Origin: Eledone cirrhosa
Taxonomy: Eukaryota
Direction of reading: 5' to 3'
DNA: 64,000 nucleotides
NCBI GenBank assembly: GCA_964016885.1
Contig: OZ024743.1
Span: 215,822,001 to 215,886,000 of the forward strand
Part shown: positions 44,088-60,382 of the stretch, piece by piece
How positions within the stretch are numbered: position 1 is the stretch's first letter
Layout of the letters: every line of letters begins with the position of its first letter
Program-made: the position numbers and the translations under genes
The notes under the pieces: generated by a model
What the model saw: only the letters and a program-made list of their open reading frames with translations
Told to the model about the DNA's origin: nothing
Database searches by the model: none

Positions 44088-44088
<1 letters not shown>
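40073..44088 (+). mobile_element. Inverted, rearranged and indel-rich copy of Naiad subfamily 3
   Basis: RT fragment ~40080-40780, scrambled jumps ~40780-40945, then a long copy through GIY-YIG and pLTR to (TA)n at ~44088. Many single-base indels. Confidence 0.85.
43934..44050 (+). ncRNA. Hammerhead ribozyme (inverted copy)
   Basis: Same motif as 35486-35602, on the plus strand. Confidence 0.8.
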
Positions 44089-44158
<70 letters not shown>

Positions 44159-44227
44159 GTGTGTGTATATATATATATGTATATATATATGTGTGTGTGG
44201 GTATATATATATATATGTATATATATA

Positions 44228-44285
<58 letters not shown>

Positions 44286-44312
44286 CATATACACATATGT
44301 ATACACATATAT

Positions 44313-44408
<96 letters not shown>

Positions 44409-45324
44409 CATACATACATATACATACATATATATATATATCTATATATACACGTATACGCACACGAATACACAAAACCATATATACATACATATAAATA
44501 TACACACATAGATGACATGTGAACGCACCTACACACAGCGATATGCATACAAACGAAAGGCCACTAATACAAACACATACAAATATGTGCTAATAAATAT
44601 ACGCATATACACAGGCACATAAAAACACCTCTACAAAGCAGAACATGCATATAGGTAAGATATATATATATATATGTGTGTGTGTGTATGTGTGTGTGTG
44701 TGCTCGAGAGCGTGTAGGTGTTTGCCAATGTGTGTGCATTCGTGTATATATGTCAGTTTCTATGTTTGTATGTATCGACAGGAAACAAAGAAGGGAAGAT
44801 GTGATGGAATGCGAAACGGTGTAAGAGATAAATGTTGTAAGCGGATATATGTGAGGGTAATGTCCTTTGAAAATCCTTAGAATAATGCAGCCATATTACA
44901 CGAATCGCATTCGATTCAAACGTATTCTCATTTCAGCAGAAATACCTGTTTCCTGAAAGGAATCATTAGAATATTTGATGTGATGTACTTGGAATATCAT
45001 ATAACTGTTTACTCTAAGTCGGTTCATCTTGTACATTCTTGTTTTGACTGAGCTACGAATATATTCCTAAGCTTTCAACAGAATACTGTACAGTATACCG
45101 CATGAGTATTTCATTTGAATATTATTATAGGATATTTCTCGATATATCTGTAAGGATACAGGATTTATGTTTATGTACACATAAAATGTTTGTCAATGCG
45201 TTTGAAATAAATGATGCTACAGCAAAAATGTAATACCCTATATTTGATGTTTGTTGTTAGCCTTCATTGAAATTTGAATTTAATATATACAAGTGTGGCA
45301 TTTGACTCATTATATATTTTGAGT

Positions 45325-45465
45325 GCAGCATCAAATTGGTAGAGTTGTTAGAATATCGGATAGAATGCTTTGTGGTATTCGTTTCCAATCCATGCTCTCT
45401 GAGTTCAACTTTGCGTGTTATTCATTATAAGGCGACAAACATGTACTAGTCTGATACTGGGTTCT
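45325..45465 (+). mobile_element. Degenerate SINE copy
   Basis: TTGGTAGAGTTGTTAGAATATCGGA..TGCTTTGTGGTATTCGTT..CTGAGTTCAACTTTGC resembles the 18095 copy. Confidence 0.5.
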
Positions 45466-45825
45466 ATTCGTTCTCTATATCACTTAGCGCATAGCCCAAC
45501 ATATAGAAAGCTATGTGCGACTGATCAAATTCCAAATATCTGCTGCCCAGTGTCGGTCACTGTTTGACCCACGACTGCCAGATGAGTCAGGGAGATGGGC
45601 TCTGCTAAGAATTATCACACAAATGCCGATTACGCCGGTTCTAATTATAGATATATCTAGAGATGCCGTTTCCTCAATGGTTGTTTGCACATAACCAGCA
45701 GGAGCTTTCCCAGCTCTCCGCTTATAAGATGCTGGAAGCAGATGGGCTGCCACACAAAACGAAAACATACTCCGTTATCAATCCCCGCCAAACACATACA
45801 CACACATATATGCCGACACACACAC

Positions 45826-45873
<48 letters not shown>

Positions 45874-45930
45874 GACGTAAGATAAGAAACATTTTTTAAA
45901 TTAAAAATTAACTTACTTACTAAAATGTTC

Positions 45931-46012
45931 ACTCCGACCAATTAGTTTCTGTAAGGGAATAAATATAGTTACGTAATGTAACTATAGAGAAGTCCTTACG
46001 TCATCAGCGAGT
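45931..46012 (-). ncRNA. Hammerhead ribozyme of subfamily C, inverted arm
   Basis: ACTCG-CTGATGA-C-GTAAGG..CCTTAC-A-GAAA-CTAATTGG-TC-GGAGT. Confidence 0.75.
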
Positions 46013-46442
46013 CTATTCTCAGCTAAGTTCCCAGGCAATGCGCGGACATATAATCGTTCTGCATCCCCGTGCATAGAACCACAAAGGTACTAAGACATAA
46101 CATATATATTTGCTAGCATGGGTTACATCGGTATATATATGTTGGTAGATATACTAATTCTCTATATTTATCTCAAAATTATCTGTTGAGCGAAACTTGC
46201 CAAATTTACTGCTATGGTTCATGGTAGTAGGTAGGCACTTGTCATAATTTCACCCAAATCCTCACTGATTAAACTCAGTGTCACGTGATTGATTCTTTAG
46301 AATTTGCCACTGACCAAGTAGGCAGTGAATTTTTCAGTGCCCTGGAATTTAGTCCCCGCTAGCTTTATTCCATCCACTGAATTATTATTTTTATATGGGT
46401 TCCTAGTGTCCGCGCATTGCCTGGGAACTTAGCAGAGAATAG

Positions 46443-46524
46443 ACTCCCTGATGACGTAAGGACTTCTATATAGTTACATTACGTAACTATATTTATTCCC
46501 TTACAGAAACTAATTAGTTGGAGT
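46443..46524 (+). ncRNA. Type I hammerhead ribozyme of subfamily C
   Basis: ACTCC-CTGATGA-C-GTAAGG..(TATAGTTAC/GTAACTATA)..CCTTAC-A-GAAA-CTAATTAG-TT-GGAGT. Confidence 0.85.
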
Positions 46525-46692
46525 GAACATTTTAGTAAGTTAATTTTTAATTTTTTTTAATTTTCTTATGTTACGTCTTTCATATAATCGTTCTGCATCC
46601 CCGTGCTTAGAACCACAAAGGTACTGAGACAGAACATATATATTTGCTAGCATGGGTATACATCTGTATACATATATTGGTAGATATATTAA

Positions 46693-47633
<941 letters not shown>

Positions 47634-47775
47634 TTAGGTTAATAGGAGTTAGGTATTGTATACCCGTGTCCCATTAAGGTATTGGCAGCATAATAATTAG
47701 CTCTATGCTTTGGAGCAGAGCCGTATATATGATAAAGAACACAAGAGCGTCTACAACATCAAAATATTTTTATTG

Positions 47776-47820
47776 GCTTACAATGTTTCTTCCTTATGTA
47801 ACCGTAGGATTCGTCAGAGC
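47776..47820 (-). ncRNA. Minimal hammerhead ribozyme
   Basis: GCT-CTGACGA-A-TCCT..AGGA-A-GAAA-CATTG-TA-AGC, then AATAAA. Confidence 0.8.
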
Positions 47821-50040
47821 TATAAAAGGGGTTTGATTGGTGTTATGGACTCTACCAACCAAACATTCAAGAGTAAAGAGAGTAAAGAGCAAAAGTAGGG
47901 GACGATAAGTCTAATTTTGGCGCAGGAGGGTGGGGTGTGGGTCCTTGTTTACTAGCTGTGGTCATATTCATTCCCGGGAGTCGAGTGGTTAGCTGAACCA
48001 TAGACGGGGTGGCGTCGATAGTATGGTGCAGAGGGTCTGCAGAAGCTACACAAACACAATGGGCATACAATATATATATATATAACGGAGGAGAAAGTAC
48101 ATGAGGTAATTAGAAATGGAAAAAGAGTAATAATAATAATCTATAATTAATAATGTATAATAAGGCATGGGGAAGATTACACTATAATAGGTTATAAAAG
48201 TAAGAATAAGGTAAAATATAAAGGAGGATAAAAGTGGAAATAATAAATATAAAAAAATATATATGTAAAAAAAATATATAGAGGATATATAAAGAAATAT
48301 AAGCGAATATTTGGAGGGGAAACCTGAATGTAAAAAAACCGATTTTTTCAAATAAAAATATTATGATTATGGGGGGAGAAAACGGGATAGAGAAATATGA
48401 TCAAATCTGATTAGTTGAGAGAATATAAGATGATAATAGTTATGTCAAGTTTATACATCTTAATAATAAATAATCTGTGTATCAGAGTTACAGAACCTTC
48501 AATTCACTTACAGGTTCAAGCCACGTGGCATAGTCCATTGTTTATCTGTGCGGTCATGCGCGTTTGTTTTTGACACCACAGCAGATGCACAAGGTCGTAA
48601 ATTCCAATGCAGATAGAAATCTATTTTTGCTCACCCGGACATTGACGGAGGATCTAATATTCCTAGTTCAATATGTGTGTGGTGTTATTTTGGTCGCACA
48701 AATCAATCACTTGATTCAATATTATGGAGTATGGTTTTCTGGTCTTCGTAGCAGTGTCAGTGGTTGTATATCTCGAAATCACAAGGATCACAGTACTCCG
48801 GTTTGGTGTGATTATCGGTCATCCAGCTATGTTGTTGGTGGTTGGATTCAATTCTATTAGCCCGAACGTTGAACTTTGGTCTCGATAGAACATTAACGAG
48901 GCAGGGTGAGATCGCATCTGTGGTACAAAACGGTACGCAAGGAAGTTCTTCGTCTTCGTTTCATCCGAGTCCAGCAGTCACGTGCAAGAACCGCTACGTA
49001 GTAATTGTGGGGTTAATCGGTCAAGTCAGCAACTGACAGAAAGTTCTCTTAGGAATTCAGACAGGCATGACAGGCACATTTAGGTCAGCAGCTTCTTTAT
49101 GTGTACGTGTGTCCGACACACACAGACACACATTTATATGTATTTCAACTAAAAAAACTCAATTGATTCCCCCACTGGTACTACAATCGGTCAAGACAGC
49201 AACTGGCCGAAAATTCCCTTAGGAATTCAGACAGGCATGACAGGTACATTTAGGTCAGGAGCTTATTTGTGTGTACGTGTGTCCGATACACACAGACACA
49301 TATCCATATGTATTTCAACTAAAAAAATTCAGTTGATTCGCCTATTGATATTATATCTGTGTTGCTCAGATGTGCATGTTGTGGTGTTCTGGTCGTGCAT
49401 AGCATTCACTGTGTGTTGCCATTACCTTGGAATGTGATGTTATGGTCATCAATAGTCCGACAAGCGCATTTCTCTCTTATATTGCGGAGAATGGTGTTCT
49501 GGTCCTCAGTAAACATTTGGGTCAGCAGGAGGGGTGGTGGTTCTCAGTTTCAACTTCGACAATACATATGTATTACTCTGCATATCGTGCTCCTCTCAAA
49601 GAAGAGTATTATAGGAGGAATTCGTGCCACACACCACATACAGAGAGGATTTCTACAGAAAAGTATACATACATATACACATATATACACACATCATACA
49701 CTCACACATACACACACATACGCATACATACATATATTCACATACATGTCACATATACACATACACACAATATAATACGCATGCATACAATATACATATA
49801 TATATATATATAAAATATACATGCATACAATGCACGCACCCATGCATGCATGCATGCACACACGCACGCAGACACACATACATATGTCTGTGTGTGTGTG
49901 TGAGAGAGAGAAAAAAGGAGAATACACACACACATACACACACACGCAAAGACACCAACCTTGTAGGGGACTGTACCACCCTTAGGGTACCTATCTATCT
50001 GGGTTACGGGTTGGTGGGGGTTGCGTGATATATGTTACGT

Positions 50041-52579
50041 CTATGTGCTAGGTTTAAAATAGAAGAAGGAACTCAGGATTTTGTGTTGGCAAGAGGAGAA
50101 AATTTCCGATTTCCTGTTAAGCAGGTTCAGTTTAGAGTGTATTATGGCATTCCAGTAAACACAGGTCACAACTTCCGCGCTGTGGTCGGTTTGGCGTGGA
50201 TCTAGTAAGCTTCCTCCAAAAAAGTTTGTATGGGGTACTATTATTTTTTTTTTTAAAGGAGATGTATACCGCCAGTGAGGTGGCATTCTTATGTCTATCG
50301 TGTCTAAATGTGTACATGTGCGCGTTAAATCTAGTTTTAAATGTCTTGGAGGTTGCTCCTATATATGTCTTGGTAGAGTTGTGTGTGGTTACGTCACATG
50401 CATATACGATGTTTTTCATGAGGCAATCCCCCCTTAGAGGACAATTACTACTCCGCCTACAATTGCAACTGCGGGTTCGATTAGTTAGCGTACCTCCCGA
50501 AGTTTGGTTACTAGCATTATCATTAGGTGCCTTTATATCATTAGATGGCTCATTGATGCTATTATGTTGCCCATTTTCCAGTGTAGTCGGTTGCTGGTGG
50601 TTAACTGCCATTTTAATTGCTTCGAAACCTTCTTTAGTTTTCCTGATGTTCGTGCGTGCTAGGTGTGATGCGAGGTTAGGTGTGGTCGAATAGGATAATT
50701 TAATTACGTTTTTGTTAATTATGTTGCGATATCTATTGCCTGGTGTGAAGTTTTTTTTCCAATAATGTGAAGAATACTCTGGGGAGGTTAGTGAGGACCT
50801 CAGAGTTAAAAGGTGGGTTAAAATACATGTTTTTCCTTCTTCTATTTTTCTTATCTGTGGGGTGAGTCTCGCTACAGTGCGTACTATTTTGTAGGGTTCC
50901 GTTATTAACGTTAGTGGCGTTGTCTGTTTTGCTTAAGCCCGGATGGTTTATATTCATGGCGTGATCATTTACTGTTTTAGAGTTGTGGTGAGGGACTTTA
51001 GTATTGTCTTTACGTGGTTTACATTTAGCTGGGTTACCGCCATTAGGGTTCTTACTATTATTCTTGCCTCTAAGTTGGTTAGGCTTTGTGGCCAAACTAT
51101 GTGTGATTATGTTGGTAGGTTTCACACTCATGCATTGGGAGTCCTTATGTATATATGATAATCTACTCCCGTAACCAGATTCTGCTAGGGCCTTGTTATA
51201 ATACTCTGCATTGGAGTTGAAGATACTCTGATTACAGGACAGCCTGCTAATTCTATTAGAGACCCCCCTGGGAATAGCGTTTAGGACTGATTTGGGGTGG
51301 TTAGAGCTGGCGTTTACATATGTTAGTCTATCGTTAGGTTTATGGTAGGGTGCAAATGTTTTACTTTCTAGGTCAAGGGTGGCGTCTAGGAAGTTTACTG
51401 TTTTATCATTTGCATCTATGGTAATACTTAGATTAAAGTTTTTAAAGAACCTACGTAACTGTTTCCTAGTTCTTTCTATATTGCACTTTTTATACTCGAG
51501 AGTGAGGAGGGCGTCATCACGGTATAAGGCGCCCTTCAAGTGCGGTAATGTCTCATGTAACTCCTTTAAGAGGTACAATCCTACCAGGTCCGTTACTTGT
51601 GCAGAGTCACTAGATCCCATTGTGATGTTGAAGTTATTGGGCGTATTCTTGCGGGTCCACAATTCATCCTCAAATGTGATTATCGTTTTCCGGGCCGCAA
51701 GAATGACATCAATTTGAGACCTAGTGAGGTCACTTTTCTGTATGGCCATGATTAGGGCCTTATTAAGGAGTATGGGGGAGATTGAGGTGTAGTACGCATC
51801 GATGTCGAATTGTATAAATTTAAGGGATTTATGGTTGCTAAGGCTTGAGAACCATTTCAAAACCTCTTCCGTATTCTCCCATAGCTCTAGATATATTTTC
51901 CTCCTGATGGTGGGTATAACGCCGTCTAAGATGTTCTTACTGATAATTCCTATATCTGACTTCGATGGGCTAATTAATCTAACAGAGGGTTTACTAAGGA
52001 AGTCAGCCTTATGGTCTTTAACGGTGAACCTGGGTTGCCTAGGGGTATATGGTTGGATATACTTTTCCAGACCTAGTTTATCCACTATGGCGCATGCTTC
52101 CTTATTAATTTCATCTATGTTTGCGCTTGTTGTCTTTTTATAGTTTCTATTTAATTCATTGTATATAAACCTACGATACGTATCATAATTTAAGCTATGA
52201 ATATTTCTGGTTTTATCCGAGGTGACCAGGATATCTCTTTTATCGTTAAAGTCCTTAACTAAGGTTTCCAGTTTCATCCGGAATTTGTTGCTATTCCCAA
52301 GGGGGTTTTTAAACTTAATATACCTTACTAGTGATAGGAGGTCATTCTCAAATCTATCTAGCATGGAGTTATGGGGCGGGCTCCTATAGGTTTTAAAACC
52401 GAATTTTTTATTGGGTGACACCGTGGGTGATTTCTTATTTCTCTTATCGAAGTGGAAGTGCGCCATCTAATACGCTTAACGAAGGAGGTGACACTACCTA
52501 TCAGTAATTTCTCATAAGTAGTCCTGGATGGGTTTGGGATGTTCTTGAGTGATATAGGTAGGTAGTCTTGAGTTAGCAT
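50041..52579 (-). pseudogene. Naiad RT-GIY-YIG polyprotein with about three frameshifts
   Basis: MLTQDYLPISLKNIP, FIQFDIDAYYTSI, TMGSSDSAQVTDLVG, LYRDD, NFLDATLDL, CNCRRSSNCPLRGDCL, YIGAT, CDLCLLE, LLNRKSEIFSSCQH. Shifts lie near 52470, in a homopolymer at ~50755 and in the 3' GIY-YIG region. Confidence 0.9.
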
Positions 52580-52802
52580 GCTGCCAATCAATTATAATCA
52601 TACACACAAGGTGGACAGGTTATAAGGATTTCGCTCAACCGGGGGGAGCCGTAGAAATACTTAGGTTAATAGGAGTTAGGTATTGTATACCCGTGTCCCA
52701 TTAAGGTATTGGCAGCATAATAATTAGCTCTATGCTTTGGAGCAGAGCCGTATATATGATAAAGAACACAAGAGCGTCTACAACATCAAAATATTTTTAT
52801 TG

Positions 52803-52847
52803 GCTTACAATGTTTCTTCCTTACGTAACCGTAGGATTCGTCAGAGC
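52803..52847 (-). ncRNA. Minimal hammerhead ribozyme (5' pLTR copy)
   Basis: Same motif as 47776-47820, with a better-paired stem II. Confidence 0.8.
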
Positions 52848-52895
52848 TATAAAAGGGGTTTGATTGGTGTTATGGACTCTCTCTATATATATATA

Positions 52896-52944
<49 letters not shown>

Positions 52945-52947
52945 CTA

Positions 52948-52999
<52 letters not shown>

Positions 53000-53004
<5 letters not shown>

Positions 53005-54745
53005 TATATATTTATAAATTTATAAATTTACAAATCTACAAACTTATACATTTCTGGTTGGTTGGTTGGTTCCACAACCAGATAGTTGTTTATATATAGT
53101 CATAGTCCTTTCCTCACACACTCTGTGACATCTTAAGTGACTGGGGATTCCTTTCTTTGTTTCTGTGCCTTTCCTTTCTTCTGTCCTACGTTATTTTGTT
53201 TCTGTGTGTGTGTTGTGTGCTCAGTTTGCGCATGCGCCACATCCGGGTGTCTGTGTGTGTTTGTGTTCATTTATCTATTTGTTTATTTATTTATTTATTT
53301 ATTTACATGTTGTTGGTTGGTTGTTTGTTCTATATGTGTGTGTGTTGTCATTTTGTCCTTAATTGTAAGTTGTGATGTTGCTGTTCCACTCATATCTTCT
53401 ATTTAATTTTGGTTGTAATTCTTTTATGCTTACTGCCTCTGTAATTTGCCTAAACATTGCATCTTTTCTGTGTGTGGATTCTATTTTTATTTCTATGTTC
53501 TCTAATTTACCCCTGTGTTCTATCTTAGCATGTTGGTAGAGCACAGATGATTCTTTATTATCTTGAAGGTCTCGCCAGTGTTCATTTATTCGTTCCCCTA
53601 TACTACGAACTGTCTCACCTATGTACACTATATTTTTGTTTCTACATTGTCCTTCAGTACATCTTATGCTATACACTACATTTCTAGTTTTTCAGTTAAT
53701 ATGGGGGCTTATTTTACAGGTTATACATTTCTTATCTATACATGAGGGTCTTTGGAACGGGTATGTCTTGCTAATAAGTGTTTTTACGGAGGTACCTGGT
53801 CCTTCTACTATCTTAATATTGAGATTATGTTTATTTAGGGCCCTTCTAAATTTGTAGGCTAGTTCGCCTCTAGGGGTTGTATTGATGAACATTACACTCT
53901 GGTATTTATTGCTATCATACCATGAGTTTATTCTATTGGCCTTGTTCCTAGTTCTTTCTATTCTATTCCAAAAGTTGCTCCTATACAAGGGGCAGGTCCC
54001 ATTTATGTCATTATTTACCATTTTTTCCCATTTGGTTCTGGCTCCTTTATACACTCTGATTCTATCTCTCTGATTGTAGCCAGAGAACTGCATAAGGTGG
54101 ATGAAGTGTTGTATGTGTCTCTCTAGTTCTTCGGGGTTGCACATGCGGGACACATTTCTCATCACCCGCACCAAATCCGCAATCAGTATGTTGATTTTGG
54201 TATGGTCCGAAATGGCCGAGTTTCGGTGGATCAGATGTTTGGAAGTCATGGGTTTGGCATAATGGGAATGGAGGATTTGTTTTTGGTTGTTAATGGTATC
54301 TAACCAGAGCTCTGTGTCTAGTACAGGTAATCGATGGTTGGGGTGTCTACTTGGGTAGTCTATAGTAACACACACAGACACCCGGATGTGGCGCATGCGC
54401 AAACTGAGCACACCACACACACACAGAAACAAAATGGCGTAGGACAGAAGAAAGGAAAGGCACATAAACAAAGAAAGGAATCCCCAGTCACTGAAGAGGT
54501 CACAGAGTGTGTGACGAAAGGACTATGACTATATATAAACAACTATCTGGTTGTGGAACCAACCAACGAACCAGAAATTTATAAATTTGTAAATTTATAA
54601 ATTTATAAATATATAATAAATTGAAGTGAATGCAACTGGTGCGTGTGTTTCTCATTGGCAACATGACCCTCCCAAAGTATAACACTATCGGTTTCAAAAC
54701 ACGATTTCAGATAAAGAATCTTGCTAAACAAATTCAGAAACGAAA
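53000..54745 (-). mobile_element. 5'-truncated PLE (Neptune/Nematis-type) with inverted 3' end (plus arm ~54367-54745)
   Basis: TIDYPSRHPNHRLPVLD..YAKPM..SAI..KINIL and YSIRC..C..YIGET..EH..RQITEA..LN. The UTR ~53000-53260 is inverted at ~54367-54620. Confidence 0.88.
54486..54530 (+). ncRNA. Ultra-minimal hammerhead with 1-nt insertion after A9
   Basis: AGTCA-CTGAAGA-G-GTCACA-GAGTG-TGTGAC-GAAA-GGAC-TA-TGACT. The minus copy at ~53099-53143 has a mutated core (CTTAAGA). Confidence 0.7.
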
Positions 54746-54767
54746 TATATATATATAAATATCTATC

Positions 54768-54897
<130 letters not shown>

Positions 54898-54924
54898 AAT
54901 ATATATACATATATATATAAATAT

Positions 54925-54961
<37 letters not shown>

Positions 54962-54972
54962 AATATATATAC

Positions 54973-55015
<43 letters not shown>

Positions 55016-55031
55016 TTTATATATATACATA

Positions 55032-55064
<33 letters not shown>

Positions 55065-55085
55065 ATATATATATATACCTATATA

Positions 55086-56027
55086 TATTGTTATACTTGG
55101 GGAGGGTCATATTTGCGTTATATTGCCAGAATTAATAACAGAACACAACCACTGTTTCGTTGGTTTTCCCTTCTCGCTGTCTTTTATATCTGCGATCTAA
55201 CTTACTCGGTCCTCAATGTTGCCATTGACTGACCGACGGTCAAACATTATACAGATACAATATAGACACAAACACATATATATATAGTTCACATAATTTA
55301 CATAAGTCTTTCGTTGCACATCTGCAACATCGTCAGTGGTTTTATATTCTTTGTTCCTCCTGTTGCGTTGTATGTCTACGCCATTTTTTATTCAGTCTGT
55401 CTATATATTTATTTATTTATTTGCTTGTTTGTTTATCTTATTTTATTTTGTCTTCTTTGCGCATGCGTTTGCGTGTGTGTATAGTGTTATGTGTGCTGTG
55501 TGACTAGTGTGTATAGTGTTGTGTCTGCTTGGTGACTAGTGTGTGTTTATGTGCTTGTTGTTATTGTGCTTGTGTATTGTGCTTGTTTATCTTATTTTAT
55601 TTTATTTTATTTTATTTATTTACTTATTTATACTTCTCTTAGGTCAGTGTTGTTTGTTTGGGTGTTGTTGTTGTTCCACTTATTCTTTCTGTTTAGCTTC
55701 TAATTTCTATTTCACTGGCCTCTCTGATTTGCCTATCTGCTGGGTCATTCATATGTTTAGATATTATTCTAATTACTATGTTGTCTATGTTACCGTCATG
55801 TTGTTGTCTAGCATGTTCGTATAGTACTGACCCGTTTGTTCGTCCTTTTAGTTCCTCCCAGTGTTGGTCTATCCTTTCACCTATGCTACGAGCTGTCTCA
55901 CCTATGTATGTTGTTGTCATGTTTCTGCAAGTACACTCTGTACATCGTATGCTATAGACTACGTTTCTAGTTTTACAGTTTATCCGGGGGTTCACCTTAC
56001 ATATGATACATTTCCTATTGGTACAGT

Positions 56028-56028
<1 letters not shown>
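55086..56028 (-). mobile_element. 3' fragment of the same PLE family as 21731-23341
   Basis: [36 protein letters not shown], with homologous UTR and the same end point in (TA)n. Confidence 0.85.
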
Positions 56029-58427
<2,399 letters not shown>

Positions 58428-58430
<3 letters not shown>

Positions 58431-58656
58431 TCGTTTCTGAATTTGTTTAGCAAGATTCTTTATCTGAAATCGTATGTTGAAACCGATATTGTTATACTTT
58501 GGGAGGGTCATGTTGCCAATAAGAAACACTACGCAGAAATTTATAAGTTTGTAGATTTGTAAATTTATAAACTAAGAAATATATAATAAATTGAAGTGAA
58601 ACAACTGGTGCGTGTGTTTCTTATTGGCAACATGACCCTCCCAATGTATAACAATA
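58428..58656. mobile_element. Miniature fold-back made of two PLE pLTR ends (53000-54745 family)
   Basis: TTGGCAACATGACCCTCCCAA(A/T)GTATAACAAT occurs on the minus strand at ~58488-58520 and on the plus strand at ~58624-58656; TA flanks. Confidence 0.75.
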
Positions 58657-58657
58657 C

Positions 58658-58758
<101 letters not shown>

Positions 58759-59165
58759 TATATATATATATATATATATATGTCTGTGTGTGAATATATG
58801 CATATATTTTTAATGCACTATGCCTTTCACATATACTTTTCACCTTAAAAATTTAAATATTTCATTTTTTCAAAAGAGTTATAAAGAATAACGCATCAGT
58901 TGAAAAACATGTGGAGAATATAGTCGTACTGAAAATAAAATAACATTAATATTACATTAACAATAAGGCATCGGATAGAAACATTTTGATTTGTAGAGTA
59001 TATGATGTATTTGTCGTGCAGCAAGCATTTACAATTAGCTACATGCGAACGTTGAATTAGATTTTCTGAATATCAAATTACCATATGTAAACTGAAGCAA
59101 ATTACAATTGTCTACCACCACACTTATTTTATATGTGCATTTGTCTACGTGTGAACCTCTGTATG

Positions 59166-59249
<84 letters not shown>

Positions 59250-59251
<2 letters not shown>

Positions 59252-59447
59252 AGCAAATAAGTTGGGTAAGAAACCAGGTGGACCATGATGCACCAGAGTA
59301 CTCGATACTAAGGGTAGTAGAGTGTGTACTAGCAAAATAGTCAGGACCCCGTCGGCTGAGCTCCGGCCGTTTCGGTCGCTAGATCGGAACAGTTCTGAAT
59401 CTAGGAGTCGAAACGGCCGGAATTCAGCCGTGGAGGTCCTGACTCTT

Positions 59448-59450
<3 letters not shown>
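59250..59450. mobile_element. Core-plus-hairpin element, copy 3 (~50-bp hairpin)
   Basis: Same core. The hairpin ~59335-59448 is homologous to copy 2; (TA)n on both sides. Confidence 0.75.
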
Positions 59451-59496
<46 letters not shown>

Positions 59497-60182
59497 GTGG
59501 GTGGGAGTATGTGTGTGTGTATGAATGTATGCATGTTATATTTAGTACTCACTTACATGTGATAGCTTGCAGTATTTGTATATTATACAAAGTAATGATT
59601 TGTTCAATAATATCGAGTTGTCATTCCTCGCCTCTATGTCTTTTGAGACCTGTAATGACGTAATGTATCCGGGTCGTTTGTGTGGTTTTCACTTGTGTTT
59701 CGTGGCGATGACCACAATGTGTTTTAAACTAAGAGTTGTACATTCTTTAGAAATGAAGCGTTGAATTTGAAAGGTTTTCGTGTTAGTGAGAAAAACGAGA
59801 TTGATTATTATTATCAACTGTGCATATATATTGCAACTTTGAACTTTTATTGTATTGTCCAGGATTGGTGTAAGAGTTGATAACTGCAATATTATTCAAA
59901 TGTACTGAAACATACGAGGAAGATAATGGTTGGCACTTAGTGAAATGTTACGTTAACTGGTTTTATAGAATTTATACCCAAATTATATCCCGTATATACT
60001 TTCTGTTAAAATATCCAGAAATATTATCGATTCTACTTAATATATAAAACTAAATGGAATATCGTAAAACCTTTCATAGGCTATAAATGTAGAAAGAGCT
60101 AAGAAATTGTTTCATATGTTCTATTTACAAGTATGTTCATATTCATAGGACATATGTGATATATATATATATATACACGTGC

Positions 60183-60217
<35 letters not shown>

Positions 60218-60330
60218 CTTGTGTATATATATATATATTTATATATATACTTGTGTATATATATATATAAATACATTTATATATATACTTGTATATCTAT
60301 ACATGTTTATATATATATGTATATATATAT

Positions 60331-60382
<52 letters not shown>

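Larger units (their letters stand above)
45868..46696 (+). mobile_element. Non-autonomous retrozyme-like element, subfamily C (period ~534 nt), with inverted 5' arm
   Basis: Homologous to 19577-20670 along its length. CATATAATCGTTCTGC occurs at 46047 and 46581; inverted arm 45868-~46048. Confidence 0.8.

Noticed and set aside
45490-45790. GC-richer stretch with short ORFs
   Set aside because: No motif recognised in any frame; possibly an old repeat, but it cannot be assigned.
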